DNA of 64,000 nt from Patescibacteria group bacterium (GTDB lineage Bacteria > Patescibacteriota > Microgenomatia > UBA10105 > UBA927): positions 67,715-131,714 of the forward strand of contig JBBTWJ010000005.1 of the NCBI GenBank assembly GCA_038062895.1, written 5' to 3'. The notes beneath the pieces were generated by a model that saw only the letters and a program-made list of their open reading frames with translations, made no database searches and was not told the origin of the DNA. Made by a program: the position numbers and the translations under genes. Each line of letters starts with the position of its first letter. Positions within the stretch are counted from its first letter, which is position 1. Shown one piece after another: positions 18,818 to 27,824 of the stretch.

Positions 18818-19972
18818 ATGAGACCAAAAAATTTTTTTATTGGCCAATTGGCAATATCGATGCTTATAAAGAGAGGGCTTCTAGTGGTGTCGGCAATTTT
18901 AGGTGTAGCAGGGTCGTTTGTTGCTATAAACACAATCCTTGAGATCACAAATATAGGCATGTCCCCTGTTTATTCTGATTGGACGCTTGATAGAACCATT
19001 TATTCGCCGCGATATATTTATTGGGGGAAAAATTACTGTGAGTTGTTCCCTCAGAACTGCGAAGCGCCGGAAGAGGAGCTTGTCACAAATAAGCCAGAAG
19101 TTTTTAATAGCCAGGGTTTAAGCGATAAGGAATGCAAAAAAATTTTATTTCTTGGCGATTCTTATACGTTTGCCCCTTGGACAAAACGAGGGGAGTCTTA
19201 TGCTGCCATATTTTCGAAGCTGTACGCTTCTGAAAAAAATCAGTGCGTGGTGTTGTATCGGGTGGCGACAGGAGGAGTTGGAAATGACCAGGAGTTGGCG
19301 CGGTTTATCGATGTTGTCGAGCGGCTTCGTCCAAATATCGTCGTATGGCAATTTTATGAGAACGATTTATTTGAAAACGTTGTTGCCGAGTTATTTTCAG
19401 TAAAAAACGAAACGCTTTACAGAAATAACGCATATTTAAACATAAGATTTCTCGGTGGATTTATTAATCAACATGTCCCCCTCGTAAGGAACACCGCGAT
19501 AGGAAAACACCTTATGTTTTTGGGAGAAACAAATGATGTTTTTCGTGTTTGGCCCACAAATCCTTATAACCAGGAGCAAGTAATTGTCTATAATCAGAAA
19601 AAAGTAGTTAAAATGTTGGATTATATGGATAGTCTTGGTAAATTATATCAATTTACCAATTTCACCACCCTGGCCCCGGTGGAATGTGGGATTGTTCAAA
19701 AATATCCTTGCCAAGAAGGTAGCATGCGTTTGCACCAAGTCTTGAAGGACATCCTCCTTACCAGGAGTAATTATCTCAGCATGGAAACGCCATCGGGAGA
19801 CAACAATATTCTTGGAAGCCAGATTGACAGAGATGAAGCAGGCGAGGGCGAAGGTCTTTTTAACGTTGTTGATGATAAGAATCCGCCGGGGGCTCGACAC
19901 CTGTCTGTCAAAGGGAATAAAAAATTTGGTACCATATTTTATGAAAATTATCGATCAAAAAAGGGACTGTAA
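18818..19972 (+). CDS. Membrane-anchored SGNH/GDSL-type hydrolase-like protein
   Basis: N-terminal TM. ILFLGDSYTFAP (GDS(x) block I motif). Confidence 0.5.
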   Translation: MRPKNFFIGQLAISMLIKRGLLVVSAILGVAGSFVAINTILEITNIGMSPVYSDWTLDRTIYSPRYIYWGKNYCELFPQNCEAPEEELVTNKPEVFNSQGLSDKECKKILFLGDSYTFAPWTKRGESYAAIFSKLYASEKNQCVVLYRVATGGVGNDQELARFIDVVERLRPNIVVWQFYENDLFENVVAELFSVKNETLYRNNAYLNIRFLGGFINQHVPLVRNTAIGKHLMFLGETNDVFRVWPTNPYNQEQVIVYNQKKVVKMLDYMDSLGKLYQFTNFTTLAPVECGIVQKYPCQEGSMRLHQVLKDILLTRSNYLSMETPSGDNNILGSQIDRDEAGEGEGLFNVVDDKNPPGARHLSVKGNKKFGTIFYENYRSKKGL

Positions 19973-20742
19973 TCGCGAAGCCCATGACGCAGTTTTTGCC
20001 AAAGCGGCTTGACCAGTATTGCTAACATAAAATGAATATTACCGATCGCATACCGATACCAAAGCCTTCGTGGGTTTTGACAAAGACGGTAGAGCCATTC
20101 GAGGCCCAACCGTTGCACCCGTGGGTGTGCCTGTTTTTCTACTCCGGCTAATAGATTAAAAGCAGCACCGACTCCGATTAACGTGTTAGCATTTATTTTA
20201 TTGTGATTATTAATCATCCACAACTCTTGGTGAGGACAACCTAACCCCACAAACACCACGTGAGGTTTATGTTTATTGATTTGATTAATAATTTGACCGT
20301 TTTTTTTCTTACTAAATATTTTTACCGGTGTATCTAATGATCCGACGAGTCTAAGTTTTGGAAACAGAAGAGCAAGACGTGAAATCATTGCGGCACCTTG
20401 TCCAAGAGAGCCGCCCAAAAGGAAAACTTTCCAATTATTTGATTGTGCAAGGCTACACAGTTTCAACATTAATATGGGGCCATACACCCGTTCAACGTGT
20501 TTACATCCATGTAATTTTAGCAACCAAACCAAAGGCATTCCGTCTGGTGTTACAAGGGTTGCCTTATTAACGCCGTCTAATAATTTAGGATTGTTTTGGC
20601 ATTCCACAACGAGGTGAACGGCAGCAACGCAAATATACCCCTTTTTTCTTAACGTGATCACTGATTCAATCAGGCGAAGACAAGAATGATAATTGATTGC
20701 CGAAATATGAACACCGAGGATGTTTTTGAAGGGAACCGTCAT
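19948..20742 (-). CDS. WecG/TagA/CpsF family glycosyltransferase (GT26)
   Basis: Length and sequence pattern (VFLLGG..., VFVGLGCPHQELW, LEWLYRL) characteristic of the GT26 family. Confidence 0.8.
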   Translation of the reverse strand: MTVPFKNILGVHISAINYHSCLRLIESVITLRKKGYICVAAVHLVVECQNNPKLLDGVNKATLVTPDGMPLVWLLKLHGCKHVERVYGPILMLKLCSLAQSNNWKVFLLGGSLGQGAAMISRLALLFPKLRLVGSLDTPVKIFSKKKNGQIINQINKHKPHVVFVGLGCPHQELWMINNHNKINANTLIGVGAAFNLLAGVEKQAHPRVQRLGLEWLYRLCQNPRRLWYRYAIGNIHFMLAILVKPLWQKLRHGLRDYSPFFDR

Positions 20743-21993
20743 AGATCTTATTGTTGGAACAATGGTATTATACCTGACAAACGTATGAATATTCTTATGC
20801 TTACCTACGAGGTGGTTGATGAGGGGGGGAGTTTTATCCGTAGTTTTTCTTTGGCAAAAAAATTGGTGAAATTAGGACACACAGTCACGTTGTTGGCATC
20901 AAACAAAAAGCCGGGTTTATTTGAAAGAAAAACCAAACGTCATGGAGTTGTTGTCATAGAAATTGCCTGTCCCCTACCCCATCGTATACGACACAACGGA
21001 ACAAGCCCGTTTCAAACAATTGGTAGGACTGTTCATGTTTTGCGTCACCGCTATGACGTGGTACATGGATTTGGTCACCGGCCATCCGTGTTTATTCCGG
21101 CATTCATTCATAAGTTTCTCTACCGGCGACCATATGTCGCAGATTGGGCTGACCTTTGGGGATGGGGAGGGCTTGGGAGTTATCGTGGGGGCCTGTGGGG
21201 AACGACAGTTGGATGGCTGGATGATATTTTGGAAAAATTTGTATATCGTAACAGCGATGGTGTAAGCGTCATAAGCCGTGCTCTTTTTCAAAGAGCGCGG
21301 CGATTCGGCGTTTTACAAAGCCACACAGCGATCGTTCCGCCAGGGTCAAGCGTTGACGAAATTGTGCCGCTTTCAAAAGCAACTCAACGTAAAAAATATG
21401 GATTTTCTATCCGTGATCATATATTGGTTTATGTTGGCAACGCACCATATGACGCCCGCCTGTTGGGTAAAGTGATTGTAGAAGTGATGACGCAAGACGA
21501 CAGGGCCCGCGCAATTATTATTGGTCGACACATGGAAGAATTTGATAGTGTTGTGAGAATCAGCGGATTTAAGAAAAGAATACGGCATTATGGTTTTATT
21601 GCTCATGATCACATTTCTACTTTAATGGCATGTGGAGACGTGATGGTGCTGCCATACACGAATCGAGAGATAAATACCAATCGTTATCCGAATAAAATTG
21701 GTGACTATCTTGCTGCCGGACGTCCGACTGTTGCCAACGCAACGGGAGACCTGGCGAGGTTATTCAGGGACTATCCCATTGGAGAGACAGCACCGGAAGA
21801 ACCCATCGGATTTGCTCGCGTTATTTTACGGTTGTTAACAGACGCCAAAAAAAGGAGGGTTTTAGGACAAAATGCACGCAGACTCGCGGAAAGAGAATTT
21901 TCATGGAGACGGTCTGCTGAATCGTTAGATGCGTTTTACCTGTCAATTCTCGAGGAGTACCATTCGATGTCAACGTTACGGAGCCCGGCTTGA
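20686..21993 (+). CDS. Glycosyltransferase family 4/1-like (likely true start near 20785, MNILMLTYEV)
   Basis: N-terminal GT-B fold pattern (ILMLTYEVVDEGGSF...LVKLGHTVTLLA). C-terminal GT1/4-like region. The annotated 5' end overlaps the convergent GT26 gene, so an internal start is more plausible. Confidence 0.7.
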   Translation: MIIDCRNMNTEDVFEGNRHRSYCWNNGIIPDKRMNILMLTYEVVDEGGSFIRSFSLAKKLVKLGHTVTLLASNKKPGLFERKTKRHGVVVIEIACPLPHRIRHNGTSPFQTIGRTVHVLRHRYDVVHGFGHRPSVFIPAFIHKFLYRRPYVADWADLWGWGGLGSYRGGLWGTTVGWLDDILEKFVYRNSDGVSVISRALFQRARRFGVLQSHTAIVPPGSSVDEIVPLSKATQRKKYGFSIRDHILVYVGNAPYDARLLGKVIVEVMTQDDRARAIIIGRHMEEFDSVVRISGFKKRIRHYGFIAHDHISTLMACGDVMVLPYTNREINTNRYPNKIGDYLAAGRPTVANATGDLARLFRDYPIGETAPEEPIGFARVILRLLTDAKKRRVLGQNARRLAEREFSWRRSAESLDAFYLSILEEYHSMSTLRSPA

Positions 21994-22895
21994 CGAACAA
22001 ACCCCCGCAAGAATAGAAAATCATGGAGTTTGATGAGTAAAAAAACTACAACTTTTTTCCATACGTTGAGGTTTGTGTTTTTTAGCATGGCGCGAAATTC
22101 AACTGGCCAAAGCTTAATCCTTCGGAGAAAATAAAGTGCCCGGCGATCCGGAAGGTGAATAAACTCTCCTTTTAGGTTCCATTTTTGGCTCAATTGCATT
22201 GCGAGCATTCCTCTGTAATATGCTTTTTTTATTAACAAACAGACGGTCGGCGTTTCCTCGTGGGAGATCACCATGCGGGGGTTGTAGACGCCCCTGATCT
22301 TTTTGGATGTCAATTGAAATCCCAAGTCTGTGTCAGCAGAATCATATCCGAAGATCTGAAACGAAGGGTCAAAGCACACCCGCTTTGTTACGAGTATGTT
22401 TTTTTTGTAGGCAACGTTTTTGGTATCCATAAGGAAGGGAGATGGAATTCCGTTGTGTTTTTTTAACTCGTACAAAAACCAGTAGTTGTTTCGTGTTTGG
22501 AAGGCCTGGGCGACGACGTTTTTTGGGTTAAAAAGAAGAGACCTTCCTATAACATATGATGCACCCGCGTTGGTCAAGGAGAGTAGTACCGCTTTTGTCC
22601 ATAAGGGGTCCAAAACGCAATCATCGTCTGTAAAACCAATGATCGCGGTTTTACACTCAGCGATAGCCTTATTTCGTGCGTCTGGAACAGTGGTATTTGG
22701 TTCATATATATATATGAGGGTTGATATTTTTTTTTGGAACAATTTTATAACAGGAAACGCTGTTTTATTTATGTCGTTATCGACAACAAGAACCGCATGC
22801 GGCTTAATCGTTTGCCGAGCGACACTTTGCAGACACCTCGCAAGTTTTTGTGGGTTGTTTTTTGTAATGATTGCGATGGATAATCCCTGGTTCAT
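21936..22895 (-). CDS. Glycosyltransferase family 2
   Basis: LSIAIITKNNPQKLARCLQSV...AVLVVDNDINKT...GFTDDDCVL (GT-A DXD). Confidence 0.8.
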   Translation of the reverse strand: MNQGLSIAIITKNNPQKLARCLQSVARQTIKPHAVLVVDNDINKTAFPVIKLFQKKISTLIYIYEPNTTVPDARNKAIAECKTAIIGFTDDDCVLDPLWTKAVLLSLTNAGASYVIGRSLLFNPKNVVAQAFQTRNNYWFLYELKKHNGIPSPFLMDTKNVAYKKNILVTKRVCFDPSFQIFGYDSADTDLGFQLTSKKIRGVYNPRMVISHEETPTVCLLIKKAYYRGMLAMQLSQKWNLKGEFIHLPDRRALYFLRRIKLWPVEFRAMLKNTNLNVWKKVVVFLLIKLHDFLFLRGFVRQAGLRNVDIEWYSSRIDR

Positions 22896-24358
22896 ATGAC
22901 AGAGAGATATGCCAGAAGGACCATAAACATATCGAGAGACGGGTCTTGATGAAATAATGTATGAAATTGGGAATTAACCATAAATGTTGCTGCACTAACC
23001 CAAACACTAAAAGAGATCAGAGATTTCGTTGCCCGTCGGAGTGTAGAGTAAAGAATACCGATAGCAAATATGATAAAAAGCAACCCTCCCGGGATGCCCG
23101 TTTCCGAAAAAAAGAGAAGAAATGTATTGTGTACAGGAAAAAGAAAATTCCGGACAACAACCGGAAGATCTTGAGCTGACATAATCTCGGTAAACCGATT
23201 TAGCCCTACGCCAAACAAGGAAAATTTTGATATTTGATAGAACGCTTGTTCTAAAAGGTATATCCGTCCAACTCCGGTTCCTTGAGACCATATGGCGTTC
23301 AATGATGTTAGCCGATCAAGAAGAGTTCCTCCAAACAAGACAAACAATGAAAGGAAAAATATGAGAAGTGCGAGAGATATTTTATTATAGAATCTACGAA
23401 AGGTCTCGAGATTTACCACCACCAATAGGGCGATCGCGCCGCCAGTGGCAATCCACGCGCTTCTACTGAGTGTTCCGAAGAGTGCGAGCAACCCCAATAT
23501 GGTTGTGAGTGAAAATAAACCAACAGCAACATAATTACGCCTTTTTTGTATAAAGGATAGCGCCGTTAATGCAGAGGCAATCGGTATAACGAGAGACAGA
23601 TAGCTTCCAAAAAACGTTGGATGTCCAAAGAGGCCGGAGACTCGATAGAGTTGTGCTCCATCAGCAGTAAAAAATCCCATTACATTACGAAACGCGTTAT
23701 CTTCTAAAAACAACCCGATAGGCCTTTGAGAGAGAAGCTGTTTGGCTCCAATAAGCCCAAGGAATGCAAGTCCCGCAATGAACACCTCGAGGGCATGAAA
23801 TCGGGTTTCTCCCTTGACGAAAAGAACCCGTCCGGAAAAAAAGGCAGATAAAGGAATGATAAGGGAAATTAACCCAAGCCAGCTCACCGTAGAACCACCG
23901 GTGACAACAACGGACAACAGAGCCCATCCAAAGAAGGATGCAAGAATCCACAAAAAGCCCTCCCCTTTTTTGGTCAACGGGGTCTTTATTGGGGATAAAA
24001 ACAAGAGCAAAAGGATGGCAAAGGAGAAAATAAGTTTCAGCGAAAATCCAAAATAGAAGGCATATGCGGACATCCATGGTTCCGGCCCGGCAGTCACGAC
24101 GGAAATATTCCATCCGCGGATTCCCCGTTGAAAAGGAAGCACAAATAATAACATAAAAAAGAGGGTTTCCAAGGGAGGACGCTTGAAATACAAAAAAAGT
24201 ACAATCCCGTAAAGAAGGACCGTGATGATATAAGATTTTTCGTTATAGATAAAAAAAAGAAGAACGTACGACAACAGCGTCCATAAAAAAAATAGGTGTT
24301 CTGATATGAGTCTATAGAGACGGGGCATCTTGTATTGATTGAATTGTGGCCATAACAT
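22892..24358 (-). CDS. O-antigen ligase/polymerase (Wzy)-like polytopic membrane protein
   Basis: More than 10 TM helices. Wzy_C-like central region. Confidence 0.6.
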   Translation of the reverse strand: MLWPQFNQYKMPRLYRLISEHLFFLWTLLSYVLLFFIYNEKSYIITVLLYGIVLFLYFKRPPLETLFFMLLFVLPFQRGIRGWNISVVTAGPEPWMSAYAFYFGFSLKLIFSFAILLLLFLSPIKTPLTKKGEGFLWILASFFGWALLSVVVTGGSTVSWLGLISLIIPLSAFFSGRVLFVKGETRFHALEVFIAGLAFLGLIGAKQLLSQRPIGLFLEDNAFRNVMGFFTADGAQLYRVSGLFGHPTFFGSYLSLVIPIASALTALSFIQKRRNYVAVGLFSLTTILGLLALFGTLSRSAWIATGGAIALLVVVNLETFRRFYNKISLALLIFFLSLFVLFGGTLLDRLTSLNAIWSQGTGVGRIYLLEQAFYQISKFSLFGVGLNRFTEIMSAQDLPVVVRNFLFPVHNTFLLFFSETGIPGGLLFIIFAIGILYSTLRRATKSLISFSVWVSAATFMVNSQFHTLFHQDPSLDMFMVLLAYLSVI

Positions 24359-25202
24359 TCACTTGAGAAAAATATATCCAGATTTGCTGTCCGATTTTAA
24401 TACTCTGATGTCCCCCAAAGTACCACCCGCTGTCGTGGTGTTGTGCTCGTAGGCGCACCTTCATCACGACATCTTTTGCCCGAGGATCTATGGAGAGAAA
24501 CGTATTGTTTGGTGGGTTGTCGATTGTTGCGTCAGATAGAAATATCGCACTTGTGGGGGGCTCTATGGAAATAGTTTCCACAACAGCAACTTGTTTTTTT
24601 TGCGGACCATTGAGCATGGTGTCTCCTACACGCAGAGCTTCAACGACCCAAGGATCTTCATTTCTGACTCTTACTGTAGCGACAATTTCTTTTTCCGGAT
24701 ATCCCTTTTCGGGTACGTTATCATCAATGATTTGTCCCAACACGTCTGCCCGCGTGAGATGAAGCTCTATGAAGGCTCCCACTTCGACCGGCTTGCTGTT
24801 GTAGATGAATTTATTCGTCCGGCCGTTAATTTCTCCTTGAAGTTTGGCCGTGAGATACAAATCAACATCTGTGCCCCAGCGATCATATTTTTCAATGGCA
24901 ATGATTTCTCCAGACCTCCAGCCGTTGACCGTGGTTTCCACGTCACCCACCTGAATGTTTTCACTTAACCAAAACGGCGGCCGATACCCGGCGTAATTAT
25001 TGTAATTTTGAGTCCATGATTTACCGACGACCTGAATTCGAATAATCCGCTCCGTTGGTTTTCGACCGTAAAATTTTACGACGAAAATAGTTAACCCCAC
25101 TAGTATGAGCAATACAAGAACGTGTATTGGGCTTAAGGTCTTTATTCTTTGTAAGAATAGACGTGTTAGGCGGTGCATAGTTTCGTTTATAGATTTTATC
25201 AC
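24312..25202 (-). CDS. N-terminally membrane-anchored hypothetical protein with a beta-rich extracytoplasmic domain
   Basis: Single TM IHVLVLLILVGLTIFVV. Confidence 0.45.
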   Translation of the reverse strand: MIKSINETMHRLTRLFLQRIKTLSPIHVLVLLILVGLTIFVVKFYGRKPTERIIRIQVVGKSWTQNYNNYAGYRPPFWLSENIQVGDVETTVNGWRSGEIIAIEKYDRWGTDVDLYLTAKLQGEINGRTNKFIYNSKPVEVGAFIELHLTRADVLGQIIDDNVPEKGYPEKEIVATVRVRNEDPWVVEALRVGDTMLNGPQKKQVAVVETISIEPPTSAIFLSDATIDNPPNNTFLSIDPRAKDVVMKVRLRAQHHDSGWYFGGHQSIKIGQQIWIYFSQVNVMATIQSIQDAPSL

Positions 25203-26371
25203 AATGGAGGGATGATGGACGTTCGTCGCAGAGAAGAGACTGCGGACGAAAAAATTTGCTTGTTCATTATGGCCCAGCAGATGCGCTTCTCATTGTCTTT
25301 AAAGGGAAGATCAGATGGATGGAAAAGCCTTTGTTTCATTATGGAATATAGTATACGTTGAGGCAACCGGAAGGAGGCTCTGTATTTTAGAGCTGATTGC
25401 AGGATGTCCTTGGGGAGGGAATTGGGGAATAGGTCATTGAATAAACACGCAAACCAGTGAAAGTATGGTATCAAGTGATACGTACGAATAAGTCTCAGTA
25501 CTTCGTCCCAGCGTATGGATTTTTTATATGTGCGAACAACGCGGAACAGTTCGTAGTAACGAACCGCTGATTGGAGGTTATGTTGGTATAAAAGGTGTAC
25601 GAATAGGCTTACAAACAACGCAGTGGGTGAAAATATATACACAGGAATACCGTGGTATAGTCTGTGTTGTTTTTGATTATATAATTCTTGTGTGAGAAGC
25701 CGATTGTTGTAGTCGGACAGAATTCGACTAGTAAAGCTGGATGAATTAACGATAGCAGTATGAAGCTCTACGGTTGTATTACCTCTTATAAATATATGTT
25801 CACTCAACGGAGCATAGAAATCTTGATGTATGAGCGCATTTTTAATGGTCTTTTTGTGGTTCCAGAAACATTTGTACCCCAATTTTGTGAGGATACCTGC
25901 GGCTAATTTGACAGCAGAAACAGGTAAAAGGATGTCCAAGTCACCAGGGATTTTAATCGGCGCTTGGAAAAGCACATGTTCATGCGGAAGCGTTTTCATT
26001 ATGACAAATCGTATGCCTGCATTTGTGAGTGAGCGGACGATATCCGCAGTCGTCTGTTTTTTTATGGCTGACATATGCTGTATGGCCAGCTGATCTGCAA
26101 TCATGTGTCGCATAAATTCTTCTGGGGCAACCGATTGAAATACAGGAGAATTAAAAGAATCTTTACAAATTGCTTGTAGCTGGTTTTGCCGAATGAGTGC
26201 TAAAAGTTGTTGCCAATCAATGAGACCGGCCAATTTTTGTACTACGGCATATGTTTTTTTCGCCGCGGCCGCGTTATTACTCAACTCCAGGAGCACCTGT
26301 TCTTCTGGGGACAATCTGATCCAGGGCATAATATAGGCGCTTAACAAAAGCAAAGAACGGAAAATGTTCAT
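25199..26371 (-). CDS. Nucleotidyltransferase-family protein (PF14907-like 'uncharacterised nucleotidyltransferase')
   Basis: About 390 aa. IKIPGDLDILLP (pol-beta-like hG..DxD NTase motif). Confidence 0.5.
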   Translation of the reverse strand: MNIFRSLLLLSAYIMPWIRLSPEEQVLLELSNNAAAAKKTYAVVQKLAGLIDWQQLLALIRQNQLQAICKDSFNSPVFQSVAPEEFMRHMIADQLAIQHMSAIKKQTTADIVRSLTNAGIRFVIMKTLPHEHVLFQAPIKIPGDLDILLPVSAVKLAAGILTKLGYKCFWNHKKTIKNALIHQDFYAPLSEHIFIRGNTTVELHTAIVNSSSFTSRILSDYNNRLLTQELYNQKQHRLYHGIPVYIFSPTALFVSLFVHLLYQHNLQSAVRYYELFRVVRTYKKSIRWDEVLRLIRTYHLIPYFHWFACLFNDLFPNSLPKDILQSALKYRASFRLPQRILYSIMKQRLFHPSDLPFKDNEKRICWAIMNKQIFSSAVSSLRRTSIIPPL

Positions 26372-26392
26372 AGCCGGTATTAATTTTTTTGT

Positions 26393-27322
26393 TTATCCTT
26401 GCGTCGAGTGCATTATAGAAGTCGGTGAGACGACGCACAACCGTGCGACCAACGATCCAAACCAACGGCATAAACGCCGGATCACAAGAAATCCGGCTAT
26501 GAAGATCAAAAATATAAAAGATTTATGTGAAAGCGCGCATATGATATATGCTTCCTCTTCCCACAGTGACACACGGGACGAGTCGTATTGGGGGAACAGT
26601 CGTTTGATTTTTAGATCAACTGTAAACCGTTTTTCCAATAGACCCCTACTCGCTTCTTGCATATATGCCTTTTTATACAAAGAGAGAGACGTTAAATTAT
26701 CTTTATAGTGTCGAATATCAAGTTGTGGTGCATATTGAATGGTATACCCCAGGAGCTGAAGCGCTATGCAAAGAACAGCTCCGTCGTCCAGAGGTATAGT
26801 TTTTGGCGAAAACCATTGCGCAAGTTGCCGAAGTGTTGCTTTCTTTAGACAAAAACACTCACTATGAAGATAGGTCAGGTGCCGGCCGTTTTTCCAGGCA
26901 AGTTGCTTCTTAGTTTGGACCCAGGAGTACGTATCCATGGCATTGAATACGTCACCCACCCAATTGCTTTTGGGAAATACAAATCGGTTTTTTCCCTGGT
27001 ACAGAGTTCGTTGGTCTATTCTATTCACGTGTTTTATGTAAGCAATGTATCCGTTCGGGATAATGCAGTCGTCGTTTATAAAGAGGAGCACATCCCCTTT
27101 TGCCTGTTTTGCGGCGGCATTTTTGATTTTCAGCATGTGATTGTCGGACGAAGATAACCAAACCAGCAAGGGGCGGGACGTTTTTGTTAGCGTTTTTGGT
27201 TGTTTTCCGTTGTGGACAATGATAATCTCGTCATTGCGTGTCGTTTGTCGAGCCAATGCATTGAGACATGCGTCGAGTCTTATTGATGAATCATTCGCGG
27301 TGATAATAGCTGAAACATTCAT
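26393..27322 (-). CDS. Glycosyltransferase family 2
   Basis: MNVSAIITANDSSIRLDACLNALARQT...IIIVHNG...LFINDDCII. Confidence 0.8.
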   Translation of the reverse strand: MNVSAIITANDSSIRLDACLNALARQTTRNDEIIIVHNGKQPKTLTKTSRPLLVWLSSSDNHMLKIKNAAAKQAKGDVLLFINDDCIIPNGYIAYIKHVNRIDQRTLYQGKNRFVFPKSNWVGDVFNAMDTYSWVQTKKQLAWKNGRHLTYLHSECFCLKKATLRQLAQWFSPKTIPLDDGAVLCIALQLLGYTIQYAPQLDIRHYKDNLTSLSLYKKAYMQEASRGLLEKRFTVDLKIKRLFPQYDSSRVSLWEEEAYIICALSHKSFIFLIFIAGFLVIRRLCRWFGSLVARLCVVSPTSIMHSTQG

Positions 27323-27396
27323 CTTGACAGGCCTTAATGGGGTAACTTAATATACTATTATATATAAATGTGTATTAGGAAAGGAGGAAATAATAT

Positions 27397-27483
27397 ATGA
27401 AAAAGATAAGTTCTCAAAAAAAGACATATAGTAAGCCCGCGACAAAAATTGAAAAGATCGTGATTCAAACCAGGTCTTGCTAA
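27397..27483 (+). CDS. Candidate 28-aa peptide MKKISSQKKTYSKPATKIEKIVIQTRSC with a canonical Shine-Dalgarno (AGGAGG, 9-nt spacing), convergent with the PqqD-like gene
   Basis: ORF and RBS read directly. Lys/Ser/Thr/Tyr-rich with a C-terminal Cys. Below the ORF-track length cut-off. Confidence 0.3.
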   Translation: MKKISSQKKTYSKPATKIEKIVIQTRSC

Positions 27484-27516
27484 CGGGATTTGAATGTCAG
27501 AGCCTCTCATGCTTCT

Positions 27517-27801
27517 TCAGCCATCAATTGTGTTGAGTAGCTTTTTGTTGAGATAAACGGTTAAAAATTTAATAATATCCTCTTTTGCCTGTGCATAATC
27601 AACGTCAAATTCATCTGTAACCATATGAATAATATTTTGCACAGATCGAGGCTTGCGTAAATACTTCCATATGGATGTGGCGGTTTCATTAAGTGTATGA
27701 ATGGTCTCCGTCACCGGATCTACGATATAGATCGTTCCGTTGTGTTCTTTTTGGATAAGTGTATTATTGATACGCAGGACCGTGCTTAAGCGAAGAAGCA
27801 T
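27517..27801 (-). CDS. PqqD-family protein (stand-alone RiPP recognition element-like)
   Basis: 94 aa. TLNETATSIWKYL...SVQNIIHMVTDEFDVDYAQAKEDIIKFLTVYLNKKLL matches the PqqD/RRE pattern. Confidence 0.7.
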   Translation of the reverse strand: MLLRLSTVLRINNTLIQKEHNGTIYIVDPVTETIHTLNETATSIWKYLRKPRSVQNIIHMVTDEFDVDYAQAKEDIIKFLTVYLNKKLLNTIDG

Positions 27802-27824
27802 GGTTCAAATACTAATTTACATCA

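Noticed and set aside
20686-20785. 57-nt overlap of convergent GT26 and GT4 genes
   Set aside because: Most likely an over-extended GT4 start. The internal Met at about 20785 (MNILMLTYEV) gives a typical GT N-terminus and removes the overlap.
27802-27824. ggttcaaatac T-loop-like motif, suggesting a possible tRNA
   Set aside because: Only 23 nt are available between genes. No acceptor or anticodon stems can be formed. No tRNA was identified anywhere in the window.
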